A DNA stretch of 32,000 bases from Pseudomonas aeruginosa (GTDB lineage: Bacteria > Pseudomonadota > Gammaproteobacteria > Pseudomonadales > Pseudomonadaceae). The stretch's first letter is position 1, and every line of letters starts with the position of its first letter. Shown here piece after piece: positions 1-9,805 of the stretch. Made by a program: the position numbers and the translations under genes. Below the pieces are notes generated by a model. That model saw only the letters and a program-made list of their open reading frames with translations, had not been told where the DNA came from and made no database searches. The stretch covers positions 960,001 through 992,000 of the forward strand of contig NZ_LN831024.1 in the NCBI RefSeq assembly GCF_001457615.1, given 5' to 3'.

Positions 1-236
1 GCGACTACGCCATGTGCCAGCCGATGCTCGCGCACCTGGGCGTCTCCTCCCTGCGCCTGATGACCAACAATCCGCGCAAGGTCAAGGCGCTGGAAAGCTA
101 CGCCATCACCGTGGCGGAGCGCGTGCCGCTGCAAAAGGGCCTGAACAAGCACAACAGGCGCTACCTGGCGACCAAGGCCGGCAAGCTCGGGCACATGCTC
201 GGCAGCCTGCACCAGGGCGAGGCGGAAACCACGTGA
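1..236 (+). CDS. ribA: GTP cyclohydrolase II, C-terminal part (5' truncated by window edge)
   Basis: Frame 3 reads DYAMCQPMLAHLGVSSLRLMTNNPRKVKALESYAITVAERVPLQKG..., the typical RibA C-terminal LRLxTNNPRKVxAL signature; stop at 234-236. Confidence 0.93.
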   Translation, partial: DYAMCQPMLAHLGVSSLRLMTNNPRKVKALESYAITVAERVPLQKGLNKHNRRYLATKAGKLGHMLGSLHQGEAETT

Positions 237-652
237 GTCGCCAGCAAGCCCGCGGCGCGCTGGGACGTGCCTGGTGGTTGCAACTGGCGTTGGCGCTGTT
301 GCCGCTGATCCTGGTCGAGTTCTTCCTCGGCGAACTGCAACCCCTTCCCCATGGCCTGGCGATGCCGCTGTTCATCGCCGCGCTGCTGTCGATGTTCGTC
401 AACCTGCCGCTGTTCGGTGCCTACAAGCGTGGTCTCATCGCCACCCAGAAAGCGCTGGATACGGCGGAGGAAGCCGCCGCCTGGACCCGTCTGGCGCAGG
501 TGCGCCGCAAGGCCCTGTTCGGCGCCAGCCTGCCGGCCTGGATCGGCGTGCCGGGTGTGTTCGCCGGGCTCAACGGCGTTGCGCTGATCCTGCTCGGGAT
601 CACCAGCCTGGTGCTGTTCTGGCTCTACCGTATTCCGCGTCAACTCGGTTGA
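233..652 (+). CDS. Small integral membrane protein, function unknown
   Basis: GTG start at 233 overlapping the ribA stop; encodes VSRQQARGALGRAWWLQLALALLPLILVEFF... with several hydrophobic segments; stop overlaps the next ATG at 652. Confidence 0.75.
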   Translation: MSRQQARGALGRAWWLQLALALLPLILVEFFLGELQPLPHGLAMPLFIAALLSMFVNLPLFGAYKRGLIATQKALDTAEEAAAWTRLAQVRRKALFGASLPAWIGVPGVFAGLNGVALILLGITSLVLFWLYRIPRQLG

Positions 653-1449
653 TGCGCTCGTTCTGGCTGCTCGCCTGCCTGCTCCTCAGCCTTTCCGCCG
701 GGGCGGCGCAGCGGGTGGTCAGCCTGGCGCCTTCGCTGACCGACAGCGTCCTCGAACTCGGCGCCGCGCGCCGCCTGGTCGGCGTGCTGGATGGTGGCGA
801 GCGTCCGGCGGCGATTGGCGACCTGCCTTCCGTCGGCCGCTACGGCCAGGTCAATCTCGAACGCCTGCTGGAACTGCAGCCCGATCTGATCCTGGTCTGG
901 CCCGGCAGCGTGCCCGAGGCGCAGTTGCAGCGTCTGCGGGACTTCGGCATCGCCCTCTTCATCGCCGAACCGCACAGCCTCGACGAACTGGCCCTGCAAC
1001 TGGCTGCGCTGGGCGAGGCATTGGGCGAGGCCGAGGCCGGCCAGCGGCTGTCGACCAGGTTCCGCGAAGGCATGCGGCGCCTGGCCGAGCGCTACCGGCG
1101 GGACAAGCCGCTGAAGGTGTTCTACCAGGTCTGGGACCGGCCGCTGTACACCATTGGCGGACGCCAGGTGATCAGCGATGCGCTGCGCGTCTGCGGTGCC
1201 GAGAACCTGTTCGGCGACCTGCCGCAGCCGGCGCCGCAGGTCAGCGTCGAGGCGGTTCTGGCGCGCGATCCGGCGGTCATCGTCGCCGGCAGTCACGCCC
1301 AGCTCGAACTCTGGCGGCAATGGCCGGCGCTGGCGGCGACGCGGCGCGGACAGCTGTACCGGATCGAAGACAAGAACCTTGAGCGGCCGAGCTTCGCCAT
1401 GCTGGCGGCGACCGAGAAACTCTGCCGCTCGCTCGCCGGGGCGCGCTGA
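652..1449 (+). CDS. Cobalamin/heme-type periplasmic binding protein (BtuF-like helical-backbone metal receptor)
   Basis: 265 aa with signal peptide MRSFWLLACLLLSLSAGAA then QRVVSLAPSLTDSVLELGAARRLVGVLDG...LLELQPDLILVWPGS, typical of the BtuF/FhuD fold; ATGA-type coupling with the upstream gene. Confidence 0.85.
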   Translation: MRSFWLLACLLLSLSAGAAQRVVSLAPSLTDSVLELGAARRLVGVLDGGERPAAIGDLPSVGRYGQVNLERLLELQPDLILVWPGSVPEAQLQRLRDFGIALFIAEPHSLDELALQLAALGEALGEAEAGQRLSTRFREGMRRLAERYRRDKPLKVFYQVWDRPLYTIGGRQVISDALRVCGAENLFGDLPQPAPQVSVEAVLARDPAVIVAGSHAQLELWRQWPALAATRRGQLYRIEDKNLERPSFAMLAATEKLCRSLAGAR

Positions 1450-1474
1450 ATGCTTGCCGGTATCGCGCTGTACC

Positions 1475-1553
1475 GGCGAATAACGCCGGTGGCGTTATTC
1501 GCCCTACGGGCAATTGGGGGGTAGGGCGAATAACCGCAACGCGGTTATCCGCC
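1475..1553. repeat. Tandem pair of REP-like hairpin elements in a convergent intergenic region
   Basis: GGCGAATAACGCC-GGT-GGCGTTATTCGCC (1475-1503, perfect 13-bp arms) followed by GGCGAATAACCGC-AAC-GCGGTTATCCGCC (1525-1553, one mismatch). Confidence 0.85.
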
Positions 1554-1572
1554 GTTGTCGCTGGGTTTGGCG

Positions 1573-3456
1573 CTATTGCCGGTCGAGACGCTGGCGTACC
1601 GCCTTTTCGATGCCCGCGGCATCCAGGCCGCATTCGGCGAGCATCTCGCTGGGCTTGGCGTGTTCGACGTAGTAGTCGGGCAGGCCCAGTTGCAGCAGCG
1701 GGACTTCGAGGCCCTCGCTGGCGAGGAACTCGCCGACCGCCGAGCCGGCGCCGCCCATCACGGCGTTTTCCTCGATGGTCACCAGCAGTTCGTGGCTGCC
1801 CGCCAGTTCGCGTACCAGGGCTTCGTCGAGGGGTTTGACGAAACGCATGTCGACGACCGTGGCGTCGAGGCTTTCGGCGACCTTCATCGCCTCCGCCAAC
1901 TGCACGCCGAAGACCAGCAGTGCGACCCTGCCGCCGCGCCGACGGACCACGCCCTTGCCGATCTCCACCGGTTGCAGGTCCGGATCGATCGGATGGTTGG
2001 GGCCGCTGCCGCGCGGATAGCGCACCGCGGCCGGGCCATCGAACAGGTAGCCGGTGGTGAGCAGCTTGCGCAGCTCGTCCTCGTCGCTGGGGGTCATCAC
2101 CAGCATGCCGGGGATGCAGCGCAGGTAGGAGATGTCGAAGCTACCGGCGTGGGTCGGGCCGTCCTCGCCGACCAGGCCGGCGCGGTCGATGGCGAACAGC
2201 ACGTCGAGGTGCTGCACGGCGACGTCATGGATCAACTGGTCGTAGGCGCGCTGGAGGAAGGTCGAGTAGATCGCTACCACCGGCTTCATGCCCTCGCAGG
2301 CCATGCCGGCGGCCAGGGTCACGGCATGCTGTTCGGCGATGGCGACGTCGAAGTAGCGTTCCGGATAACGTTCGCTGAAGGCCACCAGGTCGGAACCTTC
2401 CTTCATCGCCGGGGTGATGCCGAGCAGGCGCGCGTCCTGGGCGGCCATGTCGCACAGCCACTGGCCGAAGACGCTGGAATACTTGGGTCCGCCGGTCTTC
2501 TTCGGCGCACTGCCGGGAGCTTCCAGCTTGGTGATCGCGTGGTAGCCGATCGGATCCAGTTCGGCCGGGGCGAAGCCCTTGCCTTTCTTGGTCACCACAT
2601 GGAGGAACTGCGGGCCCTTCATGTCGCGCATGTTGCGCAGGGTAGCCACCAGGGTCGGCAGGTCGTGGCCGTCGATCGGGCCTATGTAGTTCCAGCCGAG
2701 CTCCTCGAACAGGGTGCCGGGGACCAGCATGCCCTTGGCGTATTCCTCGGTGCGCCGGGCGATCTCCCAGGCCCCGGGCAGGCGCGAGAGCACCTTCTTG
2801 CTGCCCTCGCGCATGCTGCTATAGGTGCGGCTGGAGAGGATCTTCGCCAGGTAGTTGGAGAGCCCGCCGACGTTGTGCGAGATCGACATGTCGTTGTCGT
2901 TGAGGATCACCAGCATGTCGGCGTCGACTTCCGAGGCGTGGTTGAGTGCCTCGAAGGCCATGCCGGCGGTCAGCGCACCGTCGCCGATCACGGCCACCGA
3001 CTTACGCTCCTTGCCTTGCAGGCGGGCGGCGATGGCCATGCCCAGGGCGGCGCTGATGGAGGTGCTGGAGTGGCCGACGCCGAAGGTGTCGTACTCGCTC
3101 TCTGCGCGGCGCGGGAAGGCCGCCAGGCCGTTCTTCTGGCGCAGGGTGCCCATCAGCTCGCGGCGTTCGGTGAGGATCTTGTGCGGATAGGCCTGGTGGC
3201 CGACGTCCCAGACCAGGCGGTCGTCCGGAGTGTCGAAGACGTAATGCAGGGCGATGGTCAGCTCGACCACGCCGAGGCCGGCGCCGAAATGACCGCCGGT
3301 CTGGCCGACGGTATACAGCAGGTACTGGCGCAGCTCGTCGGCCAGGGTTTCCAGGTCCGCCTCGCCCAGCCGGCGCAGTTCGGCCGGCGAAGAGGCGCGG
3401 TCGAGCAGGGGCGTGGCGGGGCGCTCGCGGGGAATCTCATGGAGCGTCTTGGGCAT
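1573..3456 (-). CDS. dxs: 1-deoxy-D-xylulose-5-phosphate synthase
   Basis: 627 aa from [19 protein letters not shown]; [65 protein letters not shown] motifs. The track ORF extends 6 codons upstream. Confidence 0.97.
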   Translation of the reverse strand: MPKTLHEIPRERPATPLLDRASSPAELRRLGEADLETLADELRQYLLYTVGQTGGHFGAGLGVVELTIALHYVFDTPDDRLVWDVGHQAYPHKILTERRELMGTLRQKNGLAAFPRRAESEYDTFGVGHSSTSISAALGMAIAARLQGKERKSVAVIGDGALTAGMAFEALNHASEVDADMLVILNDNDMSISHNVGGLSNYLAKILSSRTYSSMREGSKKVLSRLPGAWEIARRTEEYAKGMLVPGTLFEELGWNYIGPIDGHDLPTLVATLRNMRDMKGPQFLHVVTKKGKGFAPAELDPIGYHAITKLEAPGSAPKKTGGPKYSSVFGQWLCDMAAQDARLLGITPAMKEGSDLVAFSERYPERYFDVAIAEQHAVTLAAGMACEGMKPVVAIYSTFLQRAYDQLIHDVAVQHLDVLFAIDRAGLVGEDGPTHAGSFDISYLRCIPGMLVMTPSDEDELRKLLTTGYLFDGPAAVRYPRGSGPNHPIDPDLQPVEIGKGVVRRRGGRVALLVFGVQLAEAMKVAESLDATVVDMRFVKPLDEALVRELAGSHELLVTIEENAVMGGAGSAVGEFLASEGLEVPLLQLGLPDYYVEHAKPSEMLAECGLDAAGIEKAVRQRLDRQ

Positions 3457-3564
3457 CAGGCTGTCGTTATGCAATCCGGAGAGGCCAGCAGTTTACCTGA
3501 TGCACCGGCCGCGCCCAAGCAAGGGAGCCCCTACCTTTGCCGGGGACTTCCGACGACCCGTCGG

Positions 3565-4452
3565 TCAGTTGCGTCGCTCGACGATGTAGCGGGCCAGTTG
3601 GCGCAGCGGGTCGGCGCTCGGCGGAAAACCGTCGAGGGCGGCCAGGGCCAGGTCGCGCAGCTCCAGGGCATAGCCTTTGGCGGCCTCCAGGCCGAGCAGG
3701 GCGGGATAGGTCGGCTTGTTGTGCGCCTGGTCCTTGCCCTGGGTCTTGCCGAGGGTGGCGGTGTCGCTTTCCACGTCGAGGATGTCGTCCTGCACCTGGA
3801 AGGCCAGGCCGATCGCTTCGGCGTAGCGCTCCAGGGCGGCCAGCGCGGCGGGCTCGGCGCGACCGCTGGCGAGGGCGCCGAGGCGCACGCTGGCTTCGAT
3901 CAGCGCGCCGGTCTTGTGCCGGTGCATGACTTCCAGAGCCGCCTGGTCGAGGGCCACGCCGACCGAGCCGAGGTCGATCGCCTGGCCGCCGACCATGCCG
4001 GCGGAGCCTGCGGCGCGCGCCAGGCGGGTGAGCATTTCCAGACAGACGGCATGTTCCTGCGGATTGCGCCGGGTGTCGGCGAGCACTTCGAAGGCCAGCG
4101 CCTGCAAGCCGTCGGCGGCGAGGATCGCGGTGGCTTCGTCGAAGGCCCGGTGGGTGGTCGGCTGGCCACGGCGCAGGTCGTCGTCGTCCATCGCCGGCAG
4201 GTCGTCGTGGACCAGCGAGTAGGCATGGATCAGCTCCACCGCGCAGGCCGCGGCGTCGGCGCGCTGCGGCGCTCCGCCGAGGGCCTCGCAGGCGGCGTAG
4301 GCGAGCAGCGGGCGAACCCGCTTGCCACCGTTCATCACGCTGTAGCGCATGGCCTCGTAGAGGCGTTGCAGTTCTTCGCGGGGAGCGACGAACAGGGCGT
4401 CCAGGGCGGCATCGACGCGCGCCTGGCAGCGCGCCTGGTAGGCCGCGATCAT
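3565..4452 (-). CDS. ispA: Farnesyl diphosphate synthase / (2E,6E)-farnesyl-PP synthase
   Basis: 295 aa from [14 protein letters not shown]; [14 protein letters not shown] and DDILD aspartate-rich motifs, GGKRVRPLL; start overlaps the xseB stop. Confidence 0.96.
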   Translation of the reverse strand: MIAAYQARCQARVDAALDALFVAPREELQRLYEAMRYSVMNGGKRVRPLLAYAACEALGGAPQRADAAACAVELIHAYSLVHDDLPAMDDDDLRRGQPTTHRAFDEATAILAADGLQALAFEVLADTRRNPQEHAVCLEMLTRLARAAGSAGMVGGQAIDLGSVGVALDQAALEVMHRHKTGALIEASVRLGALASGRAEPAALAALERYAEAIGLAFQVQDDILDVESDTATLGKTQGKDQAHNKPTYPALLGLEAAKGYALELRDLALAALDGFPPSADPLRQLARYIVERRN

Positions 4453-4691
4453 GCCTCGTCGCCTTCCGCATCGAACGGCGCTTCGCTGAGCTCGCCGTCG
4501 CGTTCGAGGAGGATCTGTACCTTCTGTTCGGCCTGGCTCAGCGACGTCTGGCATTCGCGGGTCAGGCGGATGCCCTGCTCGAAGGCGCCCAGCGACTCTT
4601 CCAGCGACAGCTCGCCGCTTTCCAGGCGTTCCACCAGGGTTTGCAGCTCGGTGAGGGACTGTTCGAAATCGAGGGTTTTCTTGCGGGCCAT
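4449..4691 (-). CDS. xseB: Exodeoxyribonuclease VII small subunit
   Basis: 80 aa [61 protein letters not shown], canonical XseB. Confidence 0.95.
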   Translation of the reverse strand: MARKKTLDFEQSLTELQTLVERLESGELSLEESLGAFEQGIRLTRECQTSLSQAEQKVQILLERDGELSEAPFDAEGDEA

Positions 4692-4848
4692 CGGGGGAGT
4701 CTCGGCGAGGTGTACAAAACCCCGCGACACTAGCAGAGGGGCGGGGGCCGGGCAAATCGGCGGAAGGTCGCTACGACCGATCGGGACGACCATGGCGGCG
4801 GCCTTGGCTAAGGTGGAGAGAGGTCCAGCGAGGAGGAGCCGACAGGCG

Positions 4849-6018
4849 ATGCGCATCCAGGAGGTCCGGGAACGCAGTATTCCCCTTTCCCGTTACGCCG
4901 GCGTGGCGGCTGCCACCGGTGGTTTGAGCACCAGCCTGGTGGCGGTGCTCACCGATACCGTGCGCGACGGTCGGCGTGTGGTCGGCTACGGCCACGCCTC
5001 GGTAGGGCGCTACGCCCAGGGCGGGCTGATCCGCGAGCGTTTCGCCCCGCGCCTGCTGGGGGCTCCGGCGGACAGCCTGGCGAGCGACGACGGCAGTGGC
5101 ATCGATCCGTTGCGTGCCTGGGACCTGATGATGCGCGACGAGAAGCCCGGCGGCCACGGCGAACGCTGCGTCGCGGTGGGCGCCCTGGACATGGCGCTGT
5201 GGGATGCCGCGGCCAAGGCCGCCGGCCTGCCGCTGCATCGCTTCCTGGCGCGACGCCTGGGGCTGGCGGAAGACTATCCGCAGCGCGTACCGGTCTACGC
5301 CGGCGGCGGCTACCCCTATCCGCACGACGACCTGGGACGCCTGGAAGAGGAACTGCGGCGCTTCGTCGATCTCGGCTACACCCACGCCAAGATCAAGATC
5401 GGCGCGGCCGGGCTGGACCAGGACCGGCGCCGTATCGACAGGGCGCTGCGGGTTCTCGGCGACGCTTCGCGGCTGGCGGTCGACGCGATGAACCGCTACG
5501 ACGCGGAGGGCGCGGTCGACGCAGCGAAAGCCCTGGCGCCGCTGGGGTTGTGGTGGTTCGAGGACATCTGCGACCCCCACGATTTCCCTACCCAGGCCGA
5601 AGTGGCGGATATCTATCCGGGGCCCATCGGTGCCGGCGAGGCCTTGTTCTCCCTGGCCGAGGCTCGCTTGCTGGATCTCTATGGCGGCTTGCGGCGGGAG
5701 CGCGACGTGCTGGTGTTCGACCCCGTGCATTGCTATGGCCTGCCGGGCTACCTGGCGATACTCGACCACCTGTGCCCCCGGGGTTGGCCGCGCGCGGCCT
5801 TCCGCCCGCACGCCGGCTACCTGTTCAGCCTGCACCTGGTGGCGGCCCTGCGCCTGGGTTGGGCCGAGGCTACGCCGTCGGCTTTCCGGCCATTCGACGA
5901 TTTCGCCGGTGCCCTGCCGTTTTCCTCGGGATTGGCGGGATTGCCACAATCGCCTGGTATCGGCTTCGAGCGCCAGGCGACACTTGCCGGGCTGTTCCGC
6001 AAGCTTCTGGAGGCCTAG
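4849..6018 (+). CDS. Enolase-superfamily (mandelate racemase/muconate lactonizing-type) protein
   Basis: 389 aa from [18 protein letters not shown]; [37 protein letters not shown] and FRPHAGY segments fit an MR-like barrel. Confidence 0.85.
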   Translation: MRIQEVRERSIPLSRYAGVAAATGGLSTSLVAVLTDTVRDGRRVVGYGHASVGRYAQGGLIRERFAPRLLGAPADSLASDDGSGIDPLRAWDLMMRDEKPGGHGERCVAVGALDMALWDAAAKAAGLPLHRFLARRLGLAEDYPQRVPVYAGGGYPYPHDDLGRLEEELRRFVDLGYTHAKIKIGAAGLDQDRRRIDRALRVLGDASRLAVDAMNRYDAEGAVDAAKALAPLGLWWFEDICDPHDFPTQAEVADIYPGPIGAGEALFSLAEARLLDLYGGLRRERDVLVFDPVHCYGLPGYLAILDHLCPRGWPRAAFRPHAGYLFSLHLVAALRLGWAEATPSAFRPFDDFAGALPFSSGLAGLPQSPGIGFERQATLAGLFRKLLEA

Positions 6019-6053
6019 AGAACGGTGATTGGCTGGGGTTGTGCGGAGGCATT

Positions 6054-6161
6054 AAAAAAGCCGGCTTGTGGCTGGCTTTTCTGGGGTGGGGTTGGCTTAC
6101 TTCTGATAAGCCGCGCCTGCCTTAGGAATTCTGCATCGACGAGCCGAGGGCTCGTGAAGGA
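6054..6161 (-). ncRNA. Candidate intergenic small RNA, three stem-loops with an intrinsic terminator
   Basis: Minus strand: extended -10-like TGC-TAGAGT (6176-6168), 4/6 -35 match TGGGCA (6196-6191) at 17 bp; stem ACGAGCC-CTC-GGCTCGT (6155-6139); stem GGCTTA-TCAGAAG-TAAGCC (6112-6094); terminator AAAAGCCAGC-CACAA-GCCGGCTTTT(TT) (6080-6054). End positions are estimates. Confidence 0.5.
6056..6080. terminator. Bidirectional intrinsic terminator between convergent genes
   Basis: AAAAGCCGGC-TTGTG-GCTGGCTTTT, one G-T pair; A-tract on one side and T-tract on the other. Confidence 0.8.
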
Positions 6162-6249
6162 GGCGCTACTCTAGCAAACTCGGCCGGTCCTGCCCAGCAT
6201 CCCGCGGGGCTCTATTTCGCCGGCTGCGAGCGGCGCCTGGCGAGAGCGC

Positions 6250-7257
6250 TCAGCACTTGGGCGACGAGGGCTTGGCCGGCTTGCTTTTCTTCACCGGCGA
6301 CGCCTTGGGTAGCTGGGGCGCGGGAGCGGTATCCGGACTCAGACCCTCCACGCGGTAGCGCCAACCCTTGATGGCTGAGACCTGCCCGTCGGCGAAGCCC
6401 TTGCTGTCGGTCAGTTGCAACCAGTACTGGCGCTCCAGTTCCAGAAGCTGGCCCTGCAGCGTGCCGCCGGCGAAACTCTTGAGCGTGAAGGTCAGCAGCG
6501 GTTTTTGCCGCGAGGCCTTGGCCGGCGCGACCTCCAGCAGCCTGAGCGCAGCGAACAGGCGTGCGGCCTGCTCGGCTTCCGCCTCGCCCATCAACTGTGG
6601 CCTGGATGGGAACTGTCGCAGGCGGATGCCATCGTCCTTTTCGCTGGCTCGGGAAATGTTCAGCCGTACACCGTTGCCATAGGACAGGGTCAGCTCGCGC
6701 AACTGTTCGAATGGCAGGTCGGTCAACCGAGGGTCGAGCAGGGCCAGGTCGTTGACCGGCAGGCCGACCGTTCGGTCGATCAGCCAGGCCCCCTCATCGT
6801 CGGCCTGCCTGACCAACTGCCCGCCCTGCGAGGTGCGCTTGCCCAGCAATAGGACCAGCGGCGGCGCGTCGCCGCGCTCCAGGGTGATCCGGCTGGCCTG
6901 GCCCTTGCCCTGGTCGGAGAGTCCCATGCGTTCGCGGTTTTCCGGCGAGGCGCTCTTTTCCTCCAGCAGGCGCGCGTCGGCCAGGCTGCGCAACAGCTGC
7001 CGGATGGTTTCCCCCGAGGCGGGATAGCCGTCCTTGCTGGCGAGCGTCCAGTCCTTGCCATCGCGCCTGGCGCGGATCGTCGGTTGGCCGGGGGTGGCGA
7101 TGCACAGCGCGGTCACCTGGTGCGGTTTCAGCCCTGGCAGCCAGGCGCGGCTCGCAGGCGGTTGCGCGGACGGTTGCTGCCGTTCGTGGAGCCAGCCCAA
7201 GGTTCCGGCGAACAGCGCCAGGGCGAGAGCGAGTCCCGCTATGCTACCCAGGCGCAT
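6250..7257 (-). CDS. DUF4340-domain protein, auxiliary to ABC/GldG-type system
   Basis: 335 aa; N-terminal TM segment, then ITLERGDAPPLVLLLGKRTSQGGQLVRQADDEGAWLIDRTVGLPVNDLALLDPRLTDLP, typical of DUF4340 proteins adjacent to GldG-like genes. Confidence 0.8.
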   Translation of the reverse strand: MRLGSIAGLALALALFAGTLGWLHERQQPSAQPPASRAWLPGLKPHQVTALCIATPGQPTIRARRDGKDWTLASKDGYPASGETIRQLLRSLADARLLEEKSASPENRERMGLSDQGKGQASRITLERGDAPPLVLLLGKRTSQGGQLVRQADDEGAWLIDRTVGLPVNDLALLDPRLTDLPFEQLRELTLSYGNGVRLNISRASEKDDGIRLRQFPSRPQLMGEAEAEQAARLFAALRLLEVAPAKASRQKPLLTFTLKSFAGGTLQGQLLELERQYWLQLTDSKGFADGQVSAIKGWRYRVEGLSPDTAPAPQLPKASPVKKSKPAKPSSPKC

Positions 7258-7258
7258 G

Positions 7259-9061
7259 TCAGCCCCTCCTCCGGCGCATGCTGCGCCAGCTCCAATGCAG
7301 CAGGAGGAGCAGGGTGAGGAGCGCCGGCAGCAGGACCGTATTGGCCAGTTTCACCTGTTCCGCCAGGCGCTCGACATCGGCATTCAGCTGGAACTGCAAT
7401 TGACGCAGTTGCTGGCGGATGCGCAATTTGTCATCGATGAAGCGGCGCAGCGTCGCTTCCATTTCCGGAGTCACCTCCTGGTCGCCGGCGTCCATCGATT
7501 GCTGCAAGGTGCGCAGGTTCTTGTCGGTGTCGTTGAGGCTCTGCTGCAGCGCGTTGAGCTGTTCCTGGGCGCGCATCCCGGCTTCGCGTCGGAGCGCTTC
7601 CACGCGGGTGAACGGGCGCTTCGTATGGCCTCGCGAGCGTAGGTCGATCAGCGCGTCCGAACCGGAGAGATAGTCGAGGGCATTGCCGACGAACAGGTCG
7701 TTGTCCGCCCATACCTGCGGCTCGTTGTGGCCGGGCTGTTCCTGGAGCCAGAGCGGATTGCTCAGCAGGTCCGTATCGGCGACCAACAGCACATGGATGT
7801 TCGCGCTGTCGCTCAGGCCTTCGCCTTGCTTCCCGCGGTCCGCGGGGAAGGCACTCGTCGCCGGCCCCTCGACCTTGGCGGCCAGCACGTAGTGTTCTCC
7901 GGTCGGGACCAGGGTGGCGTTGAGCTGCTCCGTCGAGGATTGGCGGAAGCGCTCCAGCGACAGCGGCATGCTGTGCGCCGAGCTGTGCAGCAACGGAATG
8001 AAGCGCGTCGAGGCTCCGCCGAGAGGTTCGAGCAGGCCGACGCTGGCGAGGTTGAGGCTTTCCAGGCCGGTGGTCAGCACGTTGTCGTGGGGGAACGTGT
8101 CGCCGGGGAGGTGCAGCCAGGTCGGATTGCGCTCCGGGCGACGTTCGGCGTTGGGCTTGATCATGGCGAACGAGGCATCCGCCAGCAGGGTATCCGGCCG
8201 CAACTGGACGCCCCAGGAACGCAGCAACGGGGCCAGGTCGGAGCTTTTCCCGCCGTCTGCATCGGCGAGACTCAGAGGGTCGACGAAGGCCAGCAGCTTG
8301 CCGCCGCGCAGGACGAACTGGTCGATGGCGTATTGGGTCTGTTCGGACAATTGCCTGGGGTGCACCAGCATCAACACCGAGACTTCGGCGGGGATTTCCG
8401 TCGAAGCGAGCCCCAGGGTGCGGATGTCGAACTGTTGGTAGAGCTTGTCCATCACCGCCCAGGGCCTGCTGCCCGGCTGCCCGTCGGTGGGCGCCTGCCC
8501 GGCCATCGGCAGCGAGCTCATCAGGCCGACTACCGTGCGTTCCCGCTGTGCGAGTGCCTGGACCAGGCGGCTGAGATCGTATTCCAGAAGCGGCTCTTCT
8601 TCCGGCGAGAAGAACGGGATCACCTGGAGGCCGTCGGTCGGGTTGGTGGCCGCCAGGCCAAAGTAGATGGCTTCGCCATTCGGGCCGATGGGCGGCGCCT
8701 GCAGGCCGAAGCGCGCGGCACGGTCCTCGTCGTCGGAGAATGGCAGGGGATCGATCACGAACAATCGGACATTGCCATGGCTCCGCCGTGCATAGAGGTC
8801 CAGCACTTCCTCGACGCGGCGGGCGTAGTTGCGCAGGGCGGGCAGGTCACTGGCGCGGCTTTTCGAAAAGAACAGGTAGAGGTTGAGCGGTTCGTCGAGA
8901 CTGTCGAGGACTTCCTGGGTGCCGGCGCTGAAGGTGTAGAGCTTCTGCTGGGTGAGGTCGAACTGCTGGTCGCGCAGCAGCAGGCTGGACAGCAGGTTGA
9001 AAGCGAGGAACAGCAGGCCGACCAGCAGCAGGCCGACGCCCGAGTACAGGGTTCGTTTCAT
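7259..9061 (-). CDS. GldG-family ABC-type uncharacterized transport system protein
   Basis: 600 aa; N- and C-terminal TM segments; LLRDQQFDLTQQKLYTFSAGTQEVLDSLDEPLNLYLFFSK, LVHPRQLSEQTQYAIDQFVLRGGKLLAFVDPLS, DTDLLSNPLW. Confidence 0.88.
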   Translation of the reverse strand: MKRTLYSGVGLLLVGLLFLAFNLLSSLLLRDQQFDLTQQKLYTFSAGTQEVLDSLDEPLNLYLFFSKSRASDLPALRNYARRVEEVLDLYARRSHGNVRLFVIDPLPFSDDEDRAARFGLQAPPIGPNGEAIYFGLAATNPTDGLQVIPFFSPEEEPLLEYDLSRLVQALAQRERTVVGLMSSLPMAGQAPTDGQPGSRPWAVMDKLYQQFDIRTLGLASTEIPAEVSVLMLVHPRQLSEQTQYAIDQFVLRGGKLLAFVDPLSLADADGGKSSDLAPLLRSWGVQLRPDTLLADASFAMIKPNAERRPERNPTWLHLPGDTFPHDNVLTTGLESLNLASVGLLEPLGGASTRFIPLLHSSAHSMPLSLERFRQSSTEQLNATLVPTGEHYVLAAKVEGPATSAFPADRGKQGEGLSDSANIHVLLVADTDLLSNPLWLQEQPGHNEPQVWADNDLFVGNALDYLSGSDALIDLRSRGHTKRPFTRVEALRREAGMRAQEQLNALQQSLNDTDKNLRTLQQSMDAGDQEVTPEMEATLRRFIDDKLRIRQQLRQLQFQLNADVERLAEQVKLANTVLLPALLTLLLLLHWSWRSMRRRRG

Positions 9062-9070
9062 GGATGTTTC

Positions 9071-9805
9071 CTACGCTGCCTTTTTCAGGTCGATGACGAT
9101 GGTGGTGGCGACCAGCCAGGCGACGATCAGGCTGCAGAAGTAGGCCAGGTCGCGGACGTCGAGCACGCCCCGGCCGAGCGCCTCGAAACGGACCAGCACG
9201 CTCAGCGAGGCAATGCCGTCCAGCAGCCATTGCGGAAGCCAGCCGGAGAGCGCCTGTTGTACGTGGGGAGTGCCGGCGCCGACGAACAGCAGGCAGACGA
9301 GAACGGTCAGGGCAAAGGCGATGATCTGGTTCTTCGCCAGCGCCGACATGCAGGATCCGATGGCCAGGTAGCCGCCGGACAGCAGCCAGCCGGCCAGGTA
9401 GCCGGCGATGATCGCGCCGTTGTCGGGCGAGCCGAGGTAGTTCACCGTCAGCGGCATCGGGAAGGTCAGCAGCAACGCCAGCCCGGCGCAGAACCAGGCC
9501 GCCAGGAACTTGCCGGTGACCAGGGTGGCGCGGGAGACGGGCAGGGTCATCAGCATCTCGATGGAGCCGGACTTGCGCTCCTCGGCCCACAGGCGCATGG
9601 CCAGCGCGGGGATCAGCAGGAGGTAGAGCCAGGGCAGGCTGGAAAAGAACGGCGCCAGGTCGGCCTGGCCGCGCTCGAAGAAGTCGCCCAGGTAGAAGGT
9701 GGCCACGCCAGAGAGGACGAGGAAGATCAGGGTGAACACATAGGCGAGCGGCGTGGCGAAATAGCTGCCCAGCTCGCGTCTAAAAATGGTGCCGATGGCG
9801 GTCAT
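9071..9805 (-). CDS. ABC-2-type transporter permease (GldF-like)
   Basis: 244 aa from MTAIGTIFRRELGSYFATPLAYVFTLIFLVLSG; MRLWAEERKSGSIEMLMTLPVSRATLVTGKFLAAW. The track ORF extends upstream into the ATPase gene. Confidence 0.9.
   Translation of the reverse strand: MTAIGTIFRRELGSYFATPLAYVFTLIFLVLSGVATFYLGDFFERGQADLAPFFSSLPWLYLLLIPALAMRLWAEERKSGSIEMLMTLPVSRATLVTGKFLAAWFCAGLALLLTFPMPLTVNYLGSPDNGAIIAGYLAGWLLSGGYLAIGSCMSALAKNQIIAFALTVLVCLLFVGAGTPHVQQALSGWLPQWLLDGIASLSVLVRFEALGRGVLDVRDLAYFCSLIVAWLVATTIVIDLKKAA

Noticed and set aside
1555-6018. 1487-aa plus-strand ORF
   Set aside because: Most of it is antisense to dxs, ispA and xseB with low-complexity Gly/Ala/Gln/Val-rich translation. Only the last 389 codons (from 4849) resemble a real protein.
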